Counted from the stretch's first letter, positions 8,666 to 18,143 are shown. The stretch: 64,000 nucleotides of DNA from a virus (IMGVR_UViG_3300049020_000031:32001-96000), one strand, 5' to 3'. Numbers and translations: made by a program. Notes: generated from the sequence alone by a model not told the origin.

Positions 8666-9387
8666 TATGATACCGCAATGTTGAGGCCTGGTTCGCCCAT
8701 ACTAACACGTTCGCTCTTGTCGCCCACGATGCTATCGAAGACCAGTTTGAATGTGAGATGACCGTAATCACGATCATGGCTCAGATAATCCAAAGTGTAG
8801 CGACCGTTAGGTTGGAGACCCAAGTCTTGGATTTGTTTCCCCGTCAGAGAGGAACTATAGAGAGTGGTGGCCTTACCATCTTCACCTTCAGTGCTTCCAC
8901 CCATTCTGCGATGGAGCTTGGTGAATTGATCGGGACCAGTGCCGTAAACTTCGCCACCGAATGCATCCAAGTATTCAGCACCACAAAGAATCAACACTAC
9001 TTCACCACCCCTGCGAGTGATACGAACACCAGTCACACCGTGACTGAATTCGCTGTTGTCCTTGATGATCTGATTAGTGAATGCTGCATTGTAGTCGATA
9101 GTGGCCTTGCTTGCGCCTAGGGCTCTTTTATCGTGCTCCATGTGCTTATCAATCTGCGTTTGCACATTCCTAACTGCTTCATCAGCAGTTGTGCCCTGGC
9201 CAATTGGTGCATTGGGGTTACGGGGATGTGAACCCATAGCCTTGAATGTCTTCCCATCAACCTCTGGCTTCAGCTTTGCTTTGATGGTCCAAGCGCCGTA
9301 CTTTACTTCCTTGATTGGAATTTCAGGCTTTTTCTTTGGGGCTTCTTTGATTGCTCTAGGAGCATCAAACAATTCAAATAGTTTCAT
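8665..9387 (-). CDS. hypothetical protein, possible capsid-internal protein
   Basis: N-terminus MKLFELFDA...IKEA. Confidence 0.65.
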   Translation of the reverse strand: MKLFELFDAPRAIKEAPKKKPEIPIKEVKYGAWTIKAKLKPEVDGKTFKAMGSHPRNPNAPIGQGTTADEAVRNVQTQIDKHMEHDKRALGASKATIDYNAAFTNQIIKDNSEFSHGVTGVRITRRGGEVVLILCGAEYLDAFGGEVYGTGPDQFTKLHRRMGGSTEGEDGKATTLYSSSLTGKQIQDLGLQPNGRYTLDYLSHDRDYGHLTFKLVFDSIVGDKSERVSMGEPGLNIAVS

Positions 9388-9402
9388 TATCCCGGCTCCT
9401 TA

Positions 9403-10803
9403 TTAGACTTGCCATTCTCTGGAGCGGGCTTCGTCTTCCAATTCTTGACCGAATTGCATCAAAGCCATTGTTTCCGGACTTGATGAGTCACGGATATGGT
9501 TCTTAGCAATCTTCCAGTGGTTCAAGTATTGTTCCAATTCTGCGTCATCCAATGTGGCAGCAACAGGATACATGCTTTCCGCTGCATCTTCATATTCGGT
9601 AAGACCCTGATTGTCGTCACCCATTTCCAAATCTTCGTCTTCCAGGCTGAGTTCTTTCTGGTTTGCAACTTGCTGGTATTCATAGTCGCTCTTCAACATG
9701 GCAACCGCGTCACTGTAATTCTTGGGTTCACGATGCCATTGCAACTTCTTACCAGCACTATTAACCATGGAGATGGTTTCACGACCATCTTGAACGGCAC
9801 GCCAGATGTAAACTTTTGATCCTTCATGGGTTTGCCATGTGGAGATCAATGCTGGCTCATCCATGGACTTTTGCGTACCATGATTCTGAGCTATACCTTG
9901 GTCATATGGCGTCTTCTTGGTTTGGAAATCACGACCAACCTTGTCATATGCACTGGAGCCGTATTCGTCAACCAATTGTTCTTCCAAGGACTTTTCACCG
10001 TCTTTCTTATCGCCGCACTTGTCACAAACATGATAGTCGTCGCTATCGATTTTTGCACCACATTCCGTGCATTCGTTGCGATCGTCTTGTTTGGCTTCAG
10101 CAAATGCTTGCCAAGGGGACTTGCTTTCTGGAGCTGCCCAACGCATGTCAACGTTTGATTCCAAGGCAGTGATGGATTCGCCCAGAGCAGCTTGCGCCTT
10201 CAGGGAGTCCAGCTTGGAGTCATATTTTCCAGCCCAGTTGCTAACCGCAGCGGCGAATTTGGCAAACTTTGCCTTCAACTCATCCCAGAATCCTTCGTTG
10301 AGTGATTCTTCTGTGGCTACTGGCTTGATGGACAGAGCGGGTTCTTTATTAGTGACGGATTTGTATTTTTCCTTCAGAGATTCCATGACCTTGATCAGCT
10401 CAGGAGTCAGGCTGGATTCAAGTTCACCAAGAATCTTAGCATACGAATATGTTTCTGTGGCTTTGGGATTCTTGGTCAATGTGAAGATGAAACTGCAAGT
10501 TTCCACGATACGGGTTCTAACCACGTCGTCAGCTGAAAACAAATCAGCAACCTTTTCTCTGCCCAATTGCTTTACTTCTTCTTTGAGCGCCTTGGCTTCT
10601 TTTTCCAATTCGGAAATACGTTCAATCTTCTGTGCCAATTTGGTGTATGACTGGCTGTCATAGCTCTTGAGTGTGGCAACCACTTTGTCTGGTGTCGACA
10701 CATATTGAATGTCTGGTGAAGCAGCGCGACCATCATCACCTCTAGGCAGAGCAGGAGCGGTGTCTTCCATCAAATTCATGAACTTGCGGATATCGTTTGT
10801 CAT
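9403..10803 (-). CDS. multi-segment putative virion-internal protein with CxxC...CxxC zinc ribbon
   Basis: start refined to MTNDIRKFMNLMED; coiled coils; CTECG...CDKCG; TATAAATA promoter. Confidence 0.7.
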   Translation of the reverse strand: MTNDIRKFMNLMEDTAPALPRGDDGRAASPDIQYVSTPDKVVATLKSYDSQSYTKLAQKIERISELEKEAKALKEEVKQLGREKVADLFSADDVVRTRIVETCSFIFTLTKNPKATETYSYAKILGELESSLTPELIKVMESLKEKYKSVTNKEPALSIKPVATEESLNEGFWDELKAKFAKFAAAVSNWAGKYDSKLDSLKAQAALGESITALESNVDMRWAAPESKSPWQAFAEAKQDDRNECTECGAKIDSDDYHVCDKCGDKKDGEKSLEEQLVDEYGSSAYDKVGRDFQTKKTPYDQGIAQNHGTQKSMDEPALISTWQTHEGSKVYIWRAVQDGRETISMVNSAGKKLQWHREPKNYSDAVAMLKSDYEYQQVANQKELSLEDEDLEMGDDNQGLTEYEDAAESMYPVAATLDDAELEQYLNHWKIAKNHIRDSSSPETMALMQFGQELEDEARSREWQV

Positions 10804-10853
10804 ATAGGATCCTTGAAATTTCGACTGGCAAAACACTTCCAGTTAACTCGTGT

Positions 10854-10861
10854 TATTTATA
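10854..10861 (-). promoter_or_regulatory. T4-type late promoter TATAAATA
   Basis: exact T4 late consensus ~50 nt upstream of 10803. Confidence 0.75.
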
Positions 10862-10881
10862 CGCAGACGAAAGTTCGTGGC

Positions 10882-12441
10882 TCAGGAACGATGCACGTAT
10901 CGTTTCCCCATATGGTTATATCCCTCTGCCGTGATTCCTCGATGTTTCTCGATTCGATGAATCAAATCTGCGAATTTCTTTTGTCTGTCTAGTTGCGAAT
11001 GTATGGCAATCGTTCGTATTTCGCAAAATAATTGGCCAAAATTTACATAGACGTCGGTCTGGCCCGTAAACGACAATTCACTATCTGAGTGTATGACCGT
11101 GACCTCCATTCTGGCGTATTTGTCTAGGGCCCGTTTGAATTCCAGCTCCCCACCAAACTCCTTGATGGTATTCTCCCAGAGAACCCTCCGAACATTCTCA
11201 TCAAGACCAATTCGATATTGCGCCATCAATGAATCCACAAATTCATGATGCCTGTCATATCCAGTACGAAGCTGTTGGCAATTTTCCCTAGCGGGGTTGT
11301 TTCTCAGATAGATCACTTTCGTACCATCATTAGTGCGATTGTAGTGAAGGAGCTTGATGGTATCAATGATTGGCAGTGTGGAATAAAATACGCCTATATC
11401 AATCTGCCGCCTATTTTTCAAAATCGAAGATCGAAAGCCATAACTCATCAAGTTGCCAGCAGTTTGCTTTCCTGGTTTATGGTTTGTATCGGATGCTACC
11501 AACCATTCTGCCCAATTGGATGATTCCAAATCATTATCGGAAAGTGATGCCAGTTTCAAATCAACTTTGTTGTTGATTGAGTGGAAGGCATTGTGGTAAT
11601 AGACTCGATTGGTATCTAACCAAACTTGAAGAATAGTAGAATTGATACTCCCTTGATTTGGTAAACCAGTAGATACCCCGGGTTGATCTCGATTCAACAA
11701 GTCTCGGATCATGACGGGTTCGTGTTGACCCCAGGTAGCGTCAGGACCGGTATAGGTTTTACTGTTCCAGAGTGCGTAATAATCACCGTTCAGGAGGCTG
11801 GGATTGCTGCCATCAAATGCCGCTTCTCTATTTCCATAGAAGGGTTCAGAGCAATTATCTGCCAACATGATAAGTCTGAACCATTGTTGATCAGCTGATA
11901 GATTATTATTCTGGTGTACATCAGTTCCATCATTTTTGAACTTGTTCACAAAATAAATTGGCATGTTCAAATAGTTGTTGAAGCTACTTCCTCCAAGATA
12001 TTGAAACTTGATATCTCTGAGAAAGATCGAAGCAACCAGAGAATTCATATCCTTGGCGACACCTACCGAGAAGAGGACATTTTCTGATGGATCGTACCAA
12101 GTGTTCGTCTTTGAAACAAAGTAAGCACTCGGTGTATCATCAGGTTCCGTGTTATCGCCGTCACTGCGATACACTGCACCATGTGGGTAGGTGGTTGCAC
12201 AAAACAATTGTTTCAGATCCACATTGGGTTTCATCAAGATGCCAGTTTCAACTGCTATCAACCGTTTGTTCGGTGAACGCTCGAACCCCTTCATCATTGA
12301 ACCAAAGTCATCAAAAAAGTGAATCGTTTGGGCGCCAACTTTATACAAACTTGATGCGGTGAGATCTTCCACTCGCTCTTGGATAAAGGAATCCAAATGA
12401 CGAGTCTTTATGACAGCAAAGAATACGTCTCCGTACATCAT
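10882..12441 (-). CDS. large hypothetical protein
   Basis: 519-aa ORF with no recognised motif. Confidence 0.7.
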   Translation of the reverse strand: MMYGDVFFAVIKTRHLDSFIQERVEDLTASSLYKVGAQTIHFFDDFGSMMKGFERSPNKRLIAVETGILMKPNVDLKQLFCATTYPHGAVYRSDGDNTEPDDTPSAYFVSKTNTWYDPSENVLFSVGVAKDMNSLVASIFLRDIKFQYLGGSSFNNYLNMPIYFVNKFKNDGTDVHQNNNLSADQQWFRLIMLADNCSEPFYGNREAAFDGSNPSLLNGDYYALWNSKTYTGPDATWGQHEPVMIRDLLNRDQPGVSTGLPNQGSINSTILQVWLDTNRVYYHNAFHSINNKVDLKLASLSDNDLESSNWAEWLVASDTNHKPGKQTAGNLMSYGFRSSILKNRRQIDIGVFYSTLPIIDTIKLLHYNRTNDGTKVIYLRNNPARENCQQLRTGYDRHHEFVDSLMAQYRIGLDENVRRVLWENTIKEFGGELEFKRALDKYARMEVTVIHSDSELSFTGQTDVYVNFGQLFCEIRTIAIHSQLDRQKKFADLIHRIEKHRGITAEGYNHMGKRYVHRS

Positions 12442-12663
12442 TTGATATCAAGAAAATGCAAGAGCCAGAATTATGATAGCCAACAGAAAGATTACTCCGG
12501 TGAGAAACGGAATCAGAGTGGCGTCCTTGGTGTGGTTGTTATTTTTCATATAAAGAATCCATCAGTGGGGGATTGGGGAAAGTTGAAATCGTCAAGGGTG
12601 AAGTCGGCAGATTCTTTGGTGATCCAGGCCCAATTCACATATGCGATTACCAACAGAATGATC

Positions 12664-13158
12664 TCAAAGGTCATGAGCTATACCACTATTGAACATGACC
12701 GGCGTTACGATTGATCCTGACCAAAATCTAAGACTCACACCACAATCAGCCATCATCTCCTTGGCATAATTGATAGACTCTGACCACCTGGAGTCCACGT
12801 TATTCTTGGGGTGTTCGGCGTGTAGGATGATTTCCGTGAGACCGCTTTGGATGATGCCTCGAGCACAATCGGAACAGGGACACCAGGGAGAATAAATCTT
12901 GCAGCCCTTTATGCTCACACCCATTCTGGCTGCGTTATAAATGGCATTTCGTTCCGCGTGTTCAAAGAAGGCGTATTTCTTTGGACGCTCATGAATATCT
13001 TCACGATTGTCATCAATGCCTCGTACTGGGCTGTTATATCCAGTCGATCTGATTTCATTGTCAGGACCGACGATAATAGCACCAACTTTGGTGCTTCTGT
13101 CCTTGCTTTTCATCGAAGCCAGATACGCCTGGCTCATAAAATATTGGTCCCAATCCAT
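12664..13158 (-). CDS. dCMP deaminase
   Basis: SKDRSTKVGA, TGYN, HAERNA, PCSDCARGIIQSG. Confidence 0.9.
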   Translation of the reverse strand: MDWDQYFMSQAYLASMKSKDRSTKVGAIIVGPDNEIRSTGYNSPVRGIDDNREDIHERPKKYAFFEHAERNAIYNAARMGVSIKGCKIYSPWCPCSDCARGIIQSGLTEIILHAEHPKNNVDSRWSESINYAKEMMADCGVSLRFWSGSIVTPVMFNSGIAHDL

Positions 13159-13224
13159 TGTTCTGCCGTAAAAAGAGCGGAGTTATTTCCGCTCTTATTG
13201 TGGCAGTGGTATCAACTTACCGCA

Positions 13225-13491
13225 TTATTTTTCCATGTTCTTTTTCAACTTGTCAAACAGTTCCCAGAAATCACTAAGATCGCCCAAACTAAGATCACGG
13301 ATGCGAAGGGCTCGCATGTTCGTCTGGTCACATGGAGCTGGAATAGGCTCGCCTACATACAAACGACCATCACCGTATTCTTCAATAGTGCGGCAGTACA
13401 GGTGGATTCGTTCGATATCAAAATTGGTAACACCGTTACCACCTTGAGAGAAATGTTCTAGATGTTTGGTTTGACGAGAGACTCCGGACAT
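13225..13491 (-). CDS. hypothetical protein
   Basis: ORF within the minus-strand operon. Confidence 0.55.
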   Translation of the reverse strand: MSGVSRQTKHLEHFSQGGNGVTNFDIERIHLYCRTIEEYGDGRLYVGEPIPAPCDQTNMRALRIRDLSLGDLSDFWELFDKLKKNMEK

Positions 13492-13493
13492 GT

Positions 13494-13697
13494 TTAATCC
13501 TCTGTACGTTTATGGTTACCAAATAAGATATCAAGCAACAAGGTCACGATGACAATTGGCGCAACAATTGTCAGAATAATGATAATCAACTCCGAAGTCA
13601 AGGCAGGAATTTCTTTTGGCACCGGATTCATCTTTCGGATGACAATCGAACCAAGGATAAGGTAGACCAAAGCCAGGATGAGAAAAGTTATGTCCAT
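13494..13697 (-). CDS. small membrane protein with two TM segments
   Basis: two hydrophobic stretches. Confidence 0.6.
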   Translation of the reverse strand: MDITFLILALVYLILGSIVIRKMNPVPKEIPALTSELIIIILTIVAPIVIVTLLLDILFGNHKRTED

Positions 13698-13698
13698 A

Positions 13699-14409
13699 TC
13701 AGGTATTTCTAAGAGCGTTTCTGATCCGCTCCTCTGTTGTTTTATATAAGGTTTCCGTTATTGGACATTGCACGATGAACTTCCAAATTCTGGCTCTGGG
13801 TTGGTATGTGATGATCTGCAATTTTCCAAACTTAGGGCTCTGATAAAATTTACCCAGCCATTCATGTTCGTGTCTGATCGATATCTTGGCAACCGGGGCA
13901 CCCAGCGCTTCTTTGTCAACAAGCGTATTTACAAATTCATCCCTGAATTGAACGTAGATGTTCTTGAAAAAATCTCCATGATCACCGGACCAATTACCCA
14001 ATCCCTGAAATGCGTTAGGGGAAGCCAACGCAAGTTTGTTGGATCTACCATTGAGAGAAAACTGCACGACGTGGCTGTATTCATGAGCCATTAAAGTAGT
14101 GACATAGACTCGCCAGTCACTTGATGCCACATTCCCAATCCTCTTGTGTTTCGAGTATCGAGCGTATTCAGGGAAACCATGGGGGCGGTATTTTTGAAGC
14201 ACACCCAGATACAAAGTCATTGAGGGGCGATTCATGGAATCCACCCCACCGAAAGAACGACCCGTAGTATCTTTGAAATCAAGTTTAATTTGTGGTACCC
14301 AGTCATCCGGGAGATCAAACTGTTCTCTGGAAAATACGTTCATCATATACGCATTTTCATATACGAGGGTCGTCAACTCTTGTTGTGACGGGAATGAATC
14401 TTCGTTCAT
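13699..14409 (-). CDS. SprT-like zinc metalloprotease-domain protein
   Basis: AHEYSH...HGDFFK. Confidence 0.6.
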   Translation of the reverse strand: MNEDSFPSQQELTTLVYENAYMMNVFSREQFDLPDDWVPQIKLDFKDTTGRSFGGVDSMNRPSMTLYLGVLQKYRPHGFPEYARYSKHKRIGNVASSDWRVYVTTLMAHEYSHVVQFSLNGRSNKLALASPNAFQGLGNWSGDHGDFFKNIYVQFRDEFVNTLVDKEALGAPVAKISIRHEHEWLGKFYQSPKFGKLQIITYQPRARIWKFIVQCPITETLYKTTEERIRNALRNT

Positions 14410-14472
14410 GTTTGCTTGCAAAAGAATACTGCTGTAAGTAAGCTAAACGTTCCAAAATCAATGGAGCGCTTT

Positions 14473-15207
14473 ATGATTACCAGGATACGATGGAATCAAG
14501 AGGAAAATGTTTTAGTGGCAAAAAAATGGATAGAAATTTGCACCTATCAGTTTCAAAATCCTCTGAGTCCCGGAAGTCTAGTTGAGACTGCTATGGCAGC
14601 ACAAAATGTTCTTCCGGAAACAAGACGGCGACCAAGATCATCGCTACAGGGGAAACAGGGAATGTCTACCCTGTTTCGGACCATCGAACAAATTATCAAC
14701 GAACCGAAAGTTAAGCAAGAACAAGCTATTCCTATTAAGGAAGACAAGGTCGAAACTATCGATTCAATCATTAGGGATTTGAACCTGGATTCAGTAGCTG
14801 GTGAATTAGGTAAACGAATCGGAGCTGTAATAGTCCGAGAAGCCATGGCTGCTTTGACCACTGAATTCAATACACGACTACCAGAGTTACAAAAGAAAGC
14901 AACCATGATATCAAGGAAGCTGCCTAAAGTGCTAGTCATTGGGCCTTTGAACGGACAACAGGAAATCTTGGAAAAAGCTGTTGACGGCATGCTGGATCTC
15001 AGATTTGTGTCCAGTGCCGAGGGGGCTCAACTAATCGACCTTAGGGGAAAGCATTGTGATGCGTGTTTCCTATGGACCGATTATATGAATCATTCACATC
15101 AGAGCGTGGCAAAGAGAACATTCACCAGCGAGCAAATAACATTCATCAACGGTGGTGTTGACAAGTTAAAGAACCATCTTGAAGAATTTGCGATATCAGT
15201 CATGTAG
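14473..15207 (+). CDS. hypothetical protein, C-terminus resembling DUF2325
   Basis: GGAG RBS before MITRIRW; KVLVIG...TDYMNHSH...GG pattern. Confidence 0.55.
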   Translation: MITRIRWNQEENVLVAKKWIEICTYQFQNPLSPGSLVETAMAAQNVLPETRRRPRSSLQGKQGMSTLFRTIEQIINEPKVKQEQAIPIKEDKVETIDSIIRDLNLDSVAGELGKRIGAVIVREAMAALTTEFNTRLPELQKKATMISRKLPKVLVIGPLNGQQEILEKAVDGMLDLRFVSSAEGAQLIDLRGKHCDACFLWTDYMNHSHQSVAKRTFTSEQITFINGGVDKLKNHLEEFAISVM

Positions 15208-15294
15208 ATAAACCAGGTTGGTGGCTCAGTTTACTCTGAGCCACCTTTCGAGTTGCCAATATAGCATAAATATTCCAAATCTTTGGAATATGGC

Positions 15295-16446
15295 ATGTCT
15301 TATTATCTCGATGACGCAATTGTTTTTCACAACACCCTAAACCCCAAGCTGTGGGATAGAAATGGAGCAATGCATTCCAATATTTTGCAGGGTTTGCGGA
15401 ATATGGCGGCTGAATTCCAGGACTTCTTGGGTCTAGAAGAATTGGATGTTCTGGATATAACCATATCTGGGTCAAACGCGGCATACACGTACACACCACA
15501 TTCTGACATCGATCTGCACTTGGTTGTGAAAGTTCCAGAGGATGCCAAAACTCTGTACAAGGAGTTGTTCGATGCCAAGAAGAACCTCTACAACTTGGTG
15601 CATGATCAGAAGATCAAAGGATTTGACGTAGAATTCTACGTGCAGAATGACAGCGATCCTGTCCAATCAATGGGTATTTTCTCAGTGATGCGCAATCGTT
15701 GGATCAGTGTGCCAAAGAAAATAAAAGCCACGATTGACGATCAAAGTGTGAAGAGTAAGGTAGCCGATTTCAAGAGTAGAATCCAAGAAGCCTTGAACTC
15801 AGATGATTACTTGATGGCTCAGAAAGCATGGGACGACTTTAAGAACATGCGACGTAGTGGATTGGAACGTGGTGGTGAGTTCTCTCCTGAAAATCTGGCT
15901 TTCAAGATCTTGCGAACACAGGGTTACCAGGACTCACTATATGATCACATCAAGAGTTTGAAAGACAGAGAACTAAGTGTTGAAAGCCTGCAGGAAACAC
16001 CTACCACTCCCTCAATTTCATATCAAGAACTTGATGGTTCCACGTTCTATTATCAGTACATTGGTGGTGATGATACTGCCAGAAAGAGACTGAAGTACCT
16101 GAGCCAGGGATATGATCTTCAACATGAAACCAATCTGATTGCTCTTCAGGGCGATAAGGTCATTGGTGCCGTGGGCCTTCAGAAATCACCATACGAGGAA
16201 AATGTTCTATGGATGCTTTTCGTATCAGTAGATCCAGAATTCCAAGGCAAGGGCGTGGCTAAGAATTTGGTTCAAATGATCTTTGAATACGCGAAGAAGA
16301 ACGATCTCCGTCTTAGAATCAGTTCATACTCAGATATGGGTGAGAAATATTTGAAGAAAGTATTCGATCACTACCAGGAAGTCTATAGTGATGTGCAGGT
16401 CAAGGACTCCACCGACCATCACCAATTCGATCAAGATATCAAATAA
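15295..16446 (+). CDS. Pol-beta-type nucleotidyltransferase fused to a GNAT acetyltransferase
   Basis: GSNAAYTYTPHSDIDLH and VEFYVQ; C-terminal VSVDPEFQGKGVA acetyl-CoA motif; CATAAATA at 15265-15272. Confidence 0.75.
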   Translation: MSYYLDDAIVFHNTLNPKLWDRNGAMHSNILQGLRNMAAEFQDFLGLEELDVLDITISGSNAAYTYTPHSDIDLHLVVKVPEDAKTLYKELFDAKKNLYNLVHDQKIKGFDVEFYVQNDSDPVQSMGIFSVMRNRWISVPKKIKATIDDQSVKSKVADFKSRIQEALNSDDYLMAQKAWDDFKNMRRSGLERGGEFSPENLAFKILRTQGYQDSLYDHIKSLKDRELSVESLQETPTTPSISYQELDGSTFYYQYIGGDDTARKRLKYLSQGYDLQHETNLIALQGDKVIGAVGLQKSPYEENVLWMLFVSVDPEFQGKGVAKNLVQMIFEYAKKNDLRLRISSYSDMGEKYLKKVFDHYQEVYSDVQVKDSTDHHQFDQDIK

Positions 16447-16450
16447 TCGC

Positions 16451-16478
16451 TTGACTCATTTACCAAATGAACTATAAT
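16451..16478 (+). promoter_or_regulatory. sigma70-type promoter with CAAATGAAC spacer motif
   Basis: TTGACT-16nt-TATAAT. Confidence 0.75.
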
Positions 16479-16511
16479 CATCCTTAACGCAAACAAACGA
16501 GGATGATGAAA

Positions 16512-16747
16512 ATGGACTTCAGCAAGTACGAAAACAAGGTTCCCTATCCCAGCCGCGATGAAGCGTACACGACGAAGAACGTCGAATCATGGACCAGTTC
16601 TACACCGATGTCAAGGACGATCTGGGCATCACCAATAACCCCAAGGCCGACAAGCTCATGAGCAAGGCTTGGGAACGAGGTCACAGCAGTGGTTACCAGG
16701 AAGTCTACAACTGCGCTTGTGACCTCGTGGAACTGATTGAAGACTAA
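16512..16747 (+). pseudogene. frameshifted small phage gene (or sequencing error)
   Basis: MDFSKYENKVPYP... in frame 0 continues as DEERRIMDQF...KAWERGHSSGYQEVY... in the -1 frame; span 236 nt. Confidence 0.55.
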
Positions 16748-17298
16748 CCCTGGGTGGTCAATGGGTCGTTCATAACCAACGTCCCATTCTTTCGTTTCAT
16801 GATGTTGTCTGGGTGAAGATCAAAATTACACCCTCCCTTGGAGCTCTTGATTAATTCAAGGGCTTCAGCTATTTCTGGTTCTTCCACATCCAACATGTTG
16901 GCGAGCTTCGTGATCTGGCCTGGTGAATACTTGCCCAGATAGACATCCCGCGGTGTTTTCCAGTTGGCGTTCACAACCAACCATGCCGCGATCTTTTGAT
17001 ACAACGGCGACTTGAAGAAGTTCTCTGGAACATCATAGAGTCGTTCTATCTTAGCCAGATAATGGTTACCCATGATTTCAATGTCTTCAATTTGCGGAAG
17101 ATGTTTGTTGCCAGAACCTTTGGCATTCTTGGCAAAAGCCAACCAACAGTCCTTGGTTGGTCCAATCTTTATCACAGTAGCACCGTCACTGAGTACTAAG
17201 GCAGACGCACCACGAGCTACAATCTTGAAACCCTTGGCAGCATAGTCTCTAGCTGCCTGTCTTATTGGTGATATCTGTTCAAATTCATAAAGCCGCAT
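16744..17298 (-). CDS. minimal protein-kinase-like enzyme
   Basis: ARGASALV, VIKIG, DLHPDNIM, MNDP; start refined to MRLYEF; CATAAATA at 17323-17330. Confidence 0.7.
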   Translation of the reverse strand: MRLYEFEQISPIRQAARDYAAKGFKIVARGASALVLSDGATVIKIGPTKDCWLAFAKNAKGSGNKHLPQIEDIEIMGNHYLAKIERLYDVPENFFKSPLYQKIAAWLVVNANWKTPRDVYLGKYSPGQITKLANMLDVEEPEIAEALELIKSSKGGCNFDLHPDNIMKRKNGTLVMNDPLTTQG

Positions 17299-17345
17299 GG
17301 CAAAATACTCCACAAAGTGGAGTATTTATGAGTTAGAGTTGAAAC

Positions 17346-17678
17346 TTAGAAGCCGAACAAGATCGAGAATTCACCACTTACTGTGATCTGCTTGATTGGA
17401 CGGCCCATCAGTTCTTCCAACTTGGTGAGATCACCAGGGGTGAAGGAATGGATATCTGGCATCAGGACTTCAATTTCCCGTTCACTCCAGTAGAAGTTGT
17501 ATGAGTGTTGTTCACCACGGAACACGTCAATCCCGTTCATTGCTTGTTTGAGCTTGATACCAAACGCACGCTCTTTTGCGACTTGTTGATCCAGTAGGCG
17601 CTCATCTTCTGGCCGGTCGTCAACTGGTGCTTCGTTCAGTCCCGCGAGTTCACGAATTCTATTCATATTGATTGGCAT
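17346..17678 (-). CDS. hypothetical late protein, possibly capsid-internal
   Basis: MPINMNRIRELAGLNEA; CATAAATA at 17696-17703; GGAG RBS. Confidence 0.65.
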   Translation of the reverse strand: MPINMNRIRELAGLNEAPVDDRPEDERLLDQQVAKERAFGIKLKQAMNGIDVFRGEQHSYNFYWSEREIEVLMPDIHSFTPGDLTKLEELMGRPIKQITVSGEFSILFGF

Positions 17679-17706
17679 ATCATGCTCCTTTGGAATATTT
17701 ATGCAA

Positions 17707-17949
17707 TCAAACCAACTTACTAAGAAGGTACCAGGAAACGGCCATCCAGGTAAGCAAACTAACTCCCAGACCAAAATTGGTGAACTTGCCTCGATGCTCA
17801 CGCGGAACTTTCCTCTCGAAACGCATGATGAAAAGAAATACAACTAGGGCGATGCACGCACCCAAAATAATGGGAAAGAATTCTCCACTGGAAAGACCCT
17901 GCCAGATAGCAGCTTCCAGCGGGCTGCGATACACAATAATTTCCTGCAT
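17707..17949 (-). CDS. small membrane protein
   Basis: two TM segments. Confidence 0.6.
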   Translation of the reverse strand: MQEIIVYRSPLEAAIWQGLSSGEFFPIILGACIALVVFLFIMRFERKVPREHRGKFTNFGLGVSLLTWMAVSWYLLSKLV

Positions 17950-18143
17950 CAGGCACCTTTCGTGAGTTCCAAGCCGATCAGAAAAGACAGGGCTTGGTTA
18001 GCTCGAACACTGGTTTCCACCGCACTCCAGAGATTTACCGCGTCATCAGAAACGGTCACATCTGGACGGCCAACCAGATGAGCAATACCACCGGTGCCAC
18101 CGATAGCAAGCAATTTGAGAAGTTTTTCAAGAGTGATGTGCAT
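17949..18143 (-). CDS. hypothetical protein
   Basis: operon ORF with RBS. Confidence 0.5.
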   Translation of the reverse strand: MHITLEKLLKLLAIGGTGGIAHLVGRPDVTVSDDAVNLWSAVETSVRANQALSFLIGLELTKGA

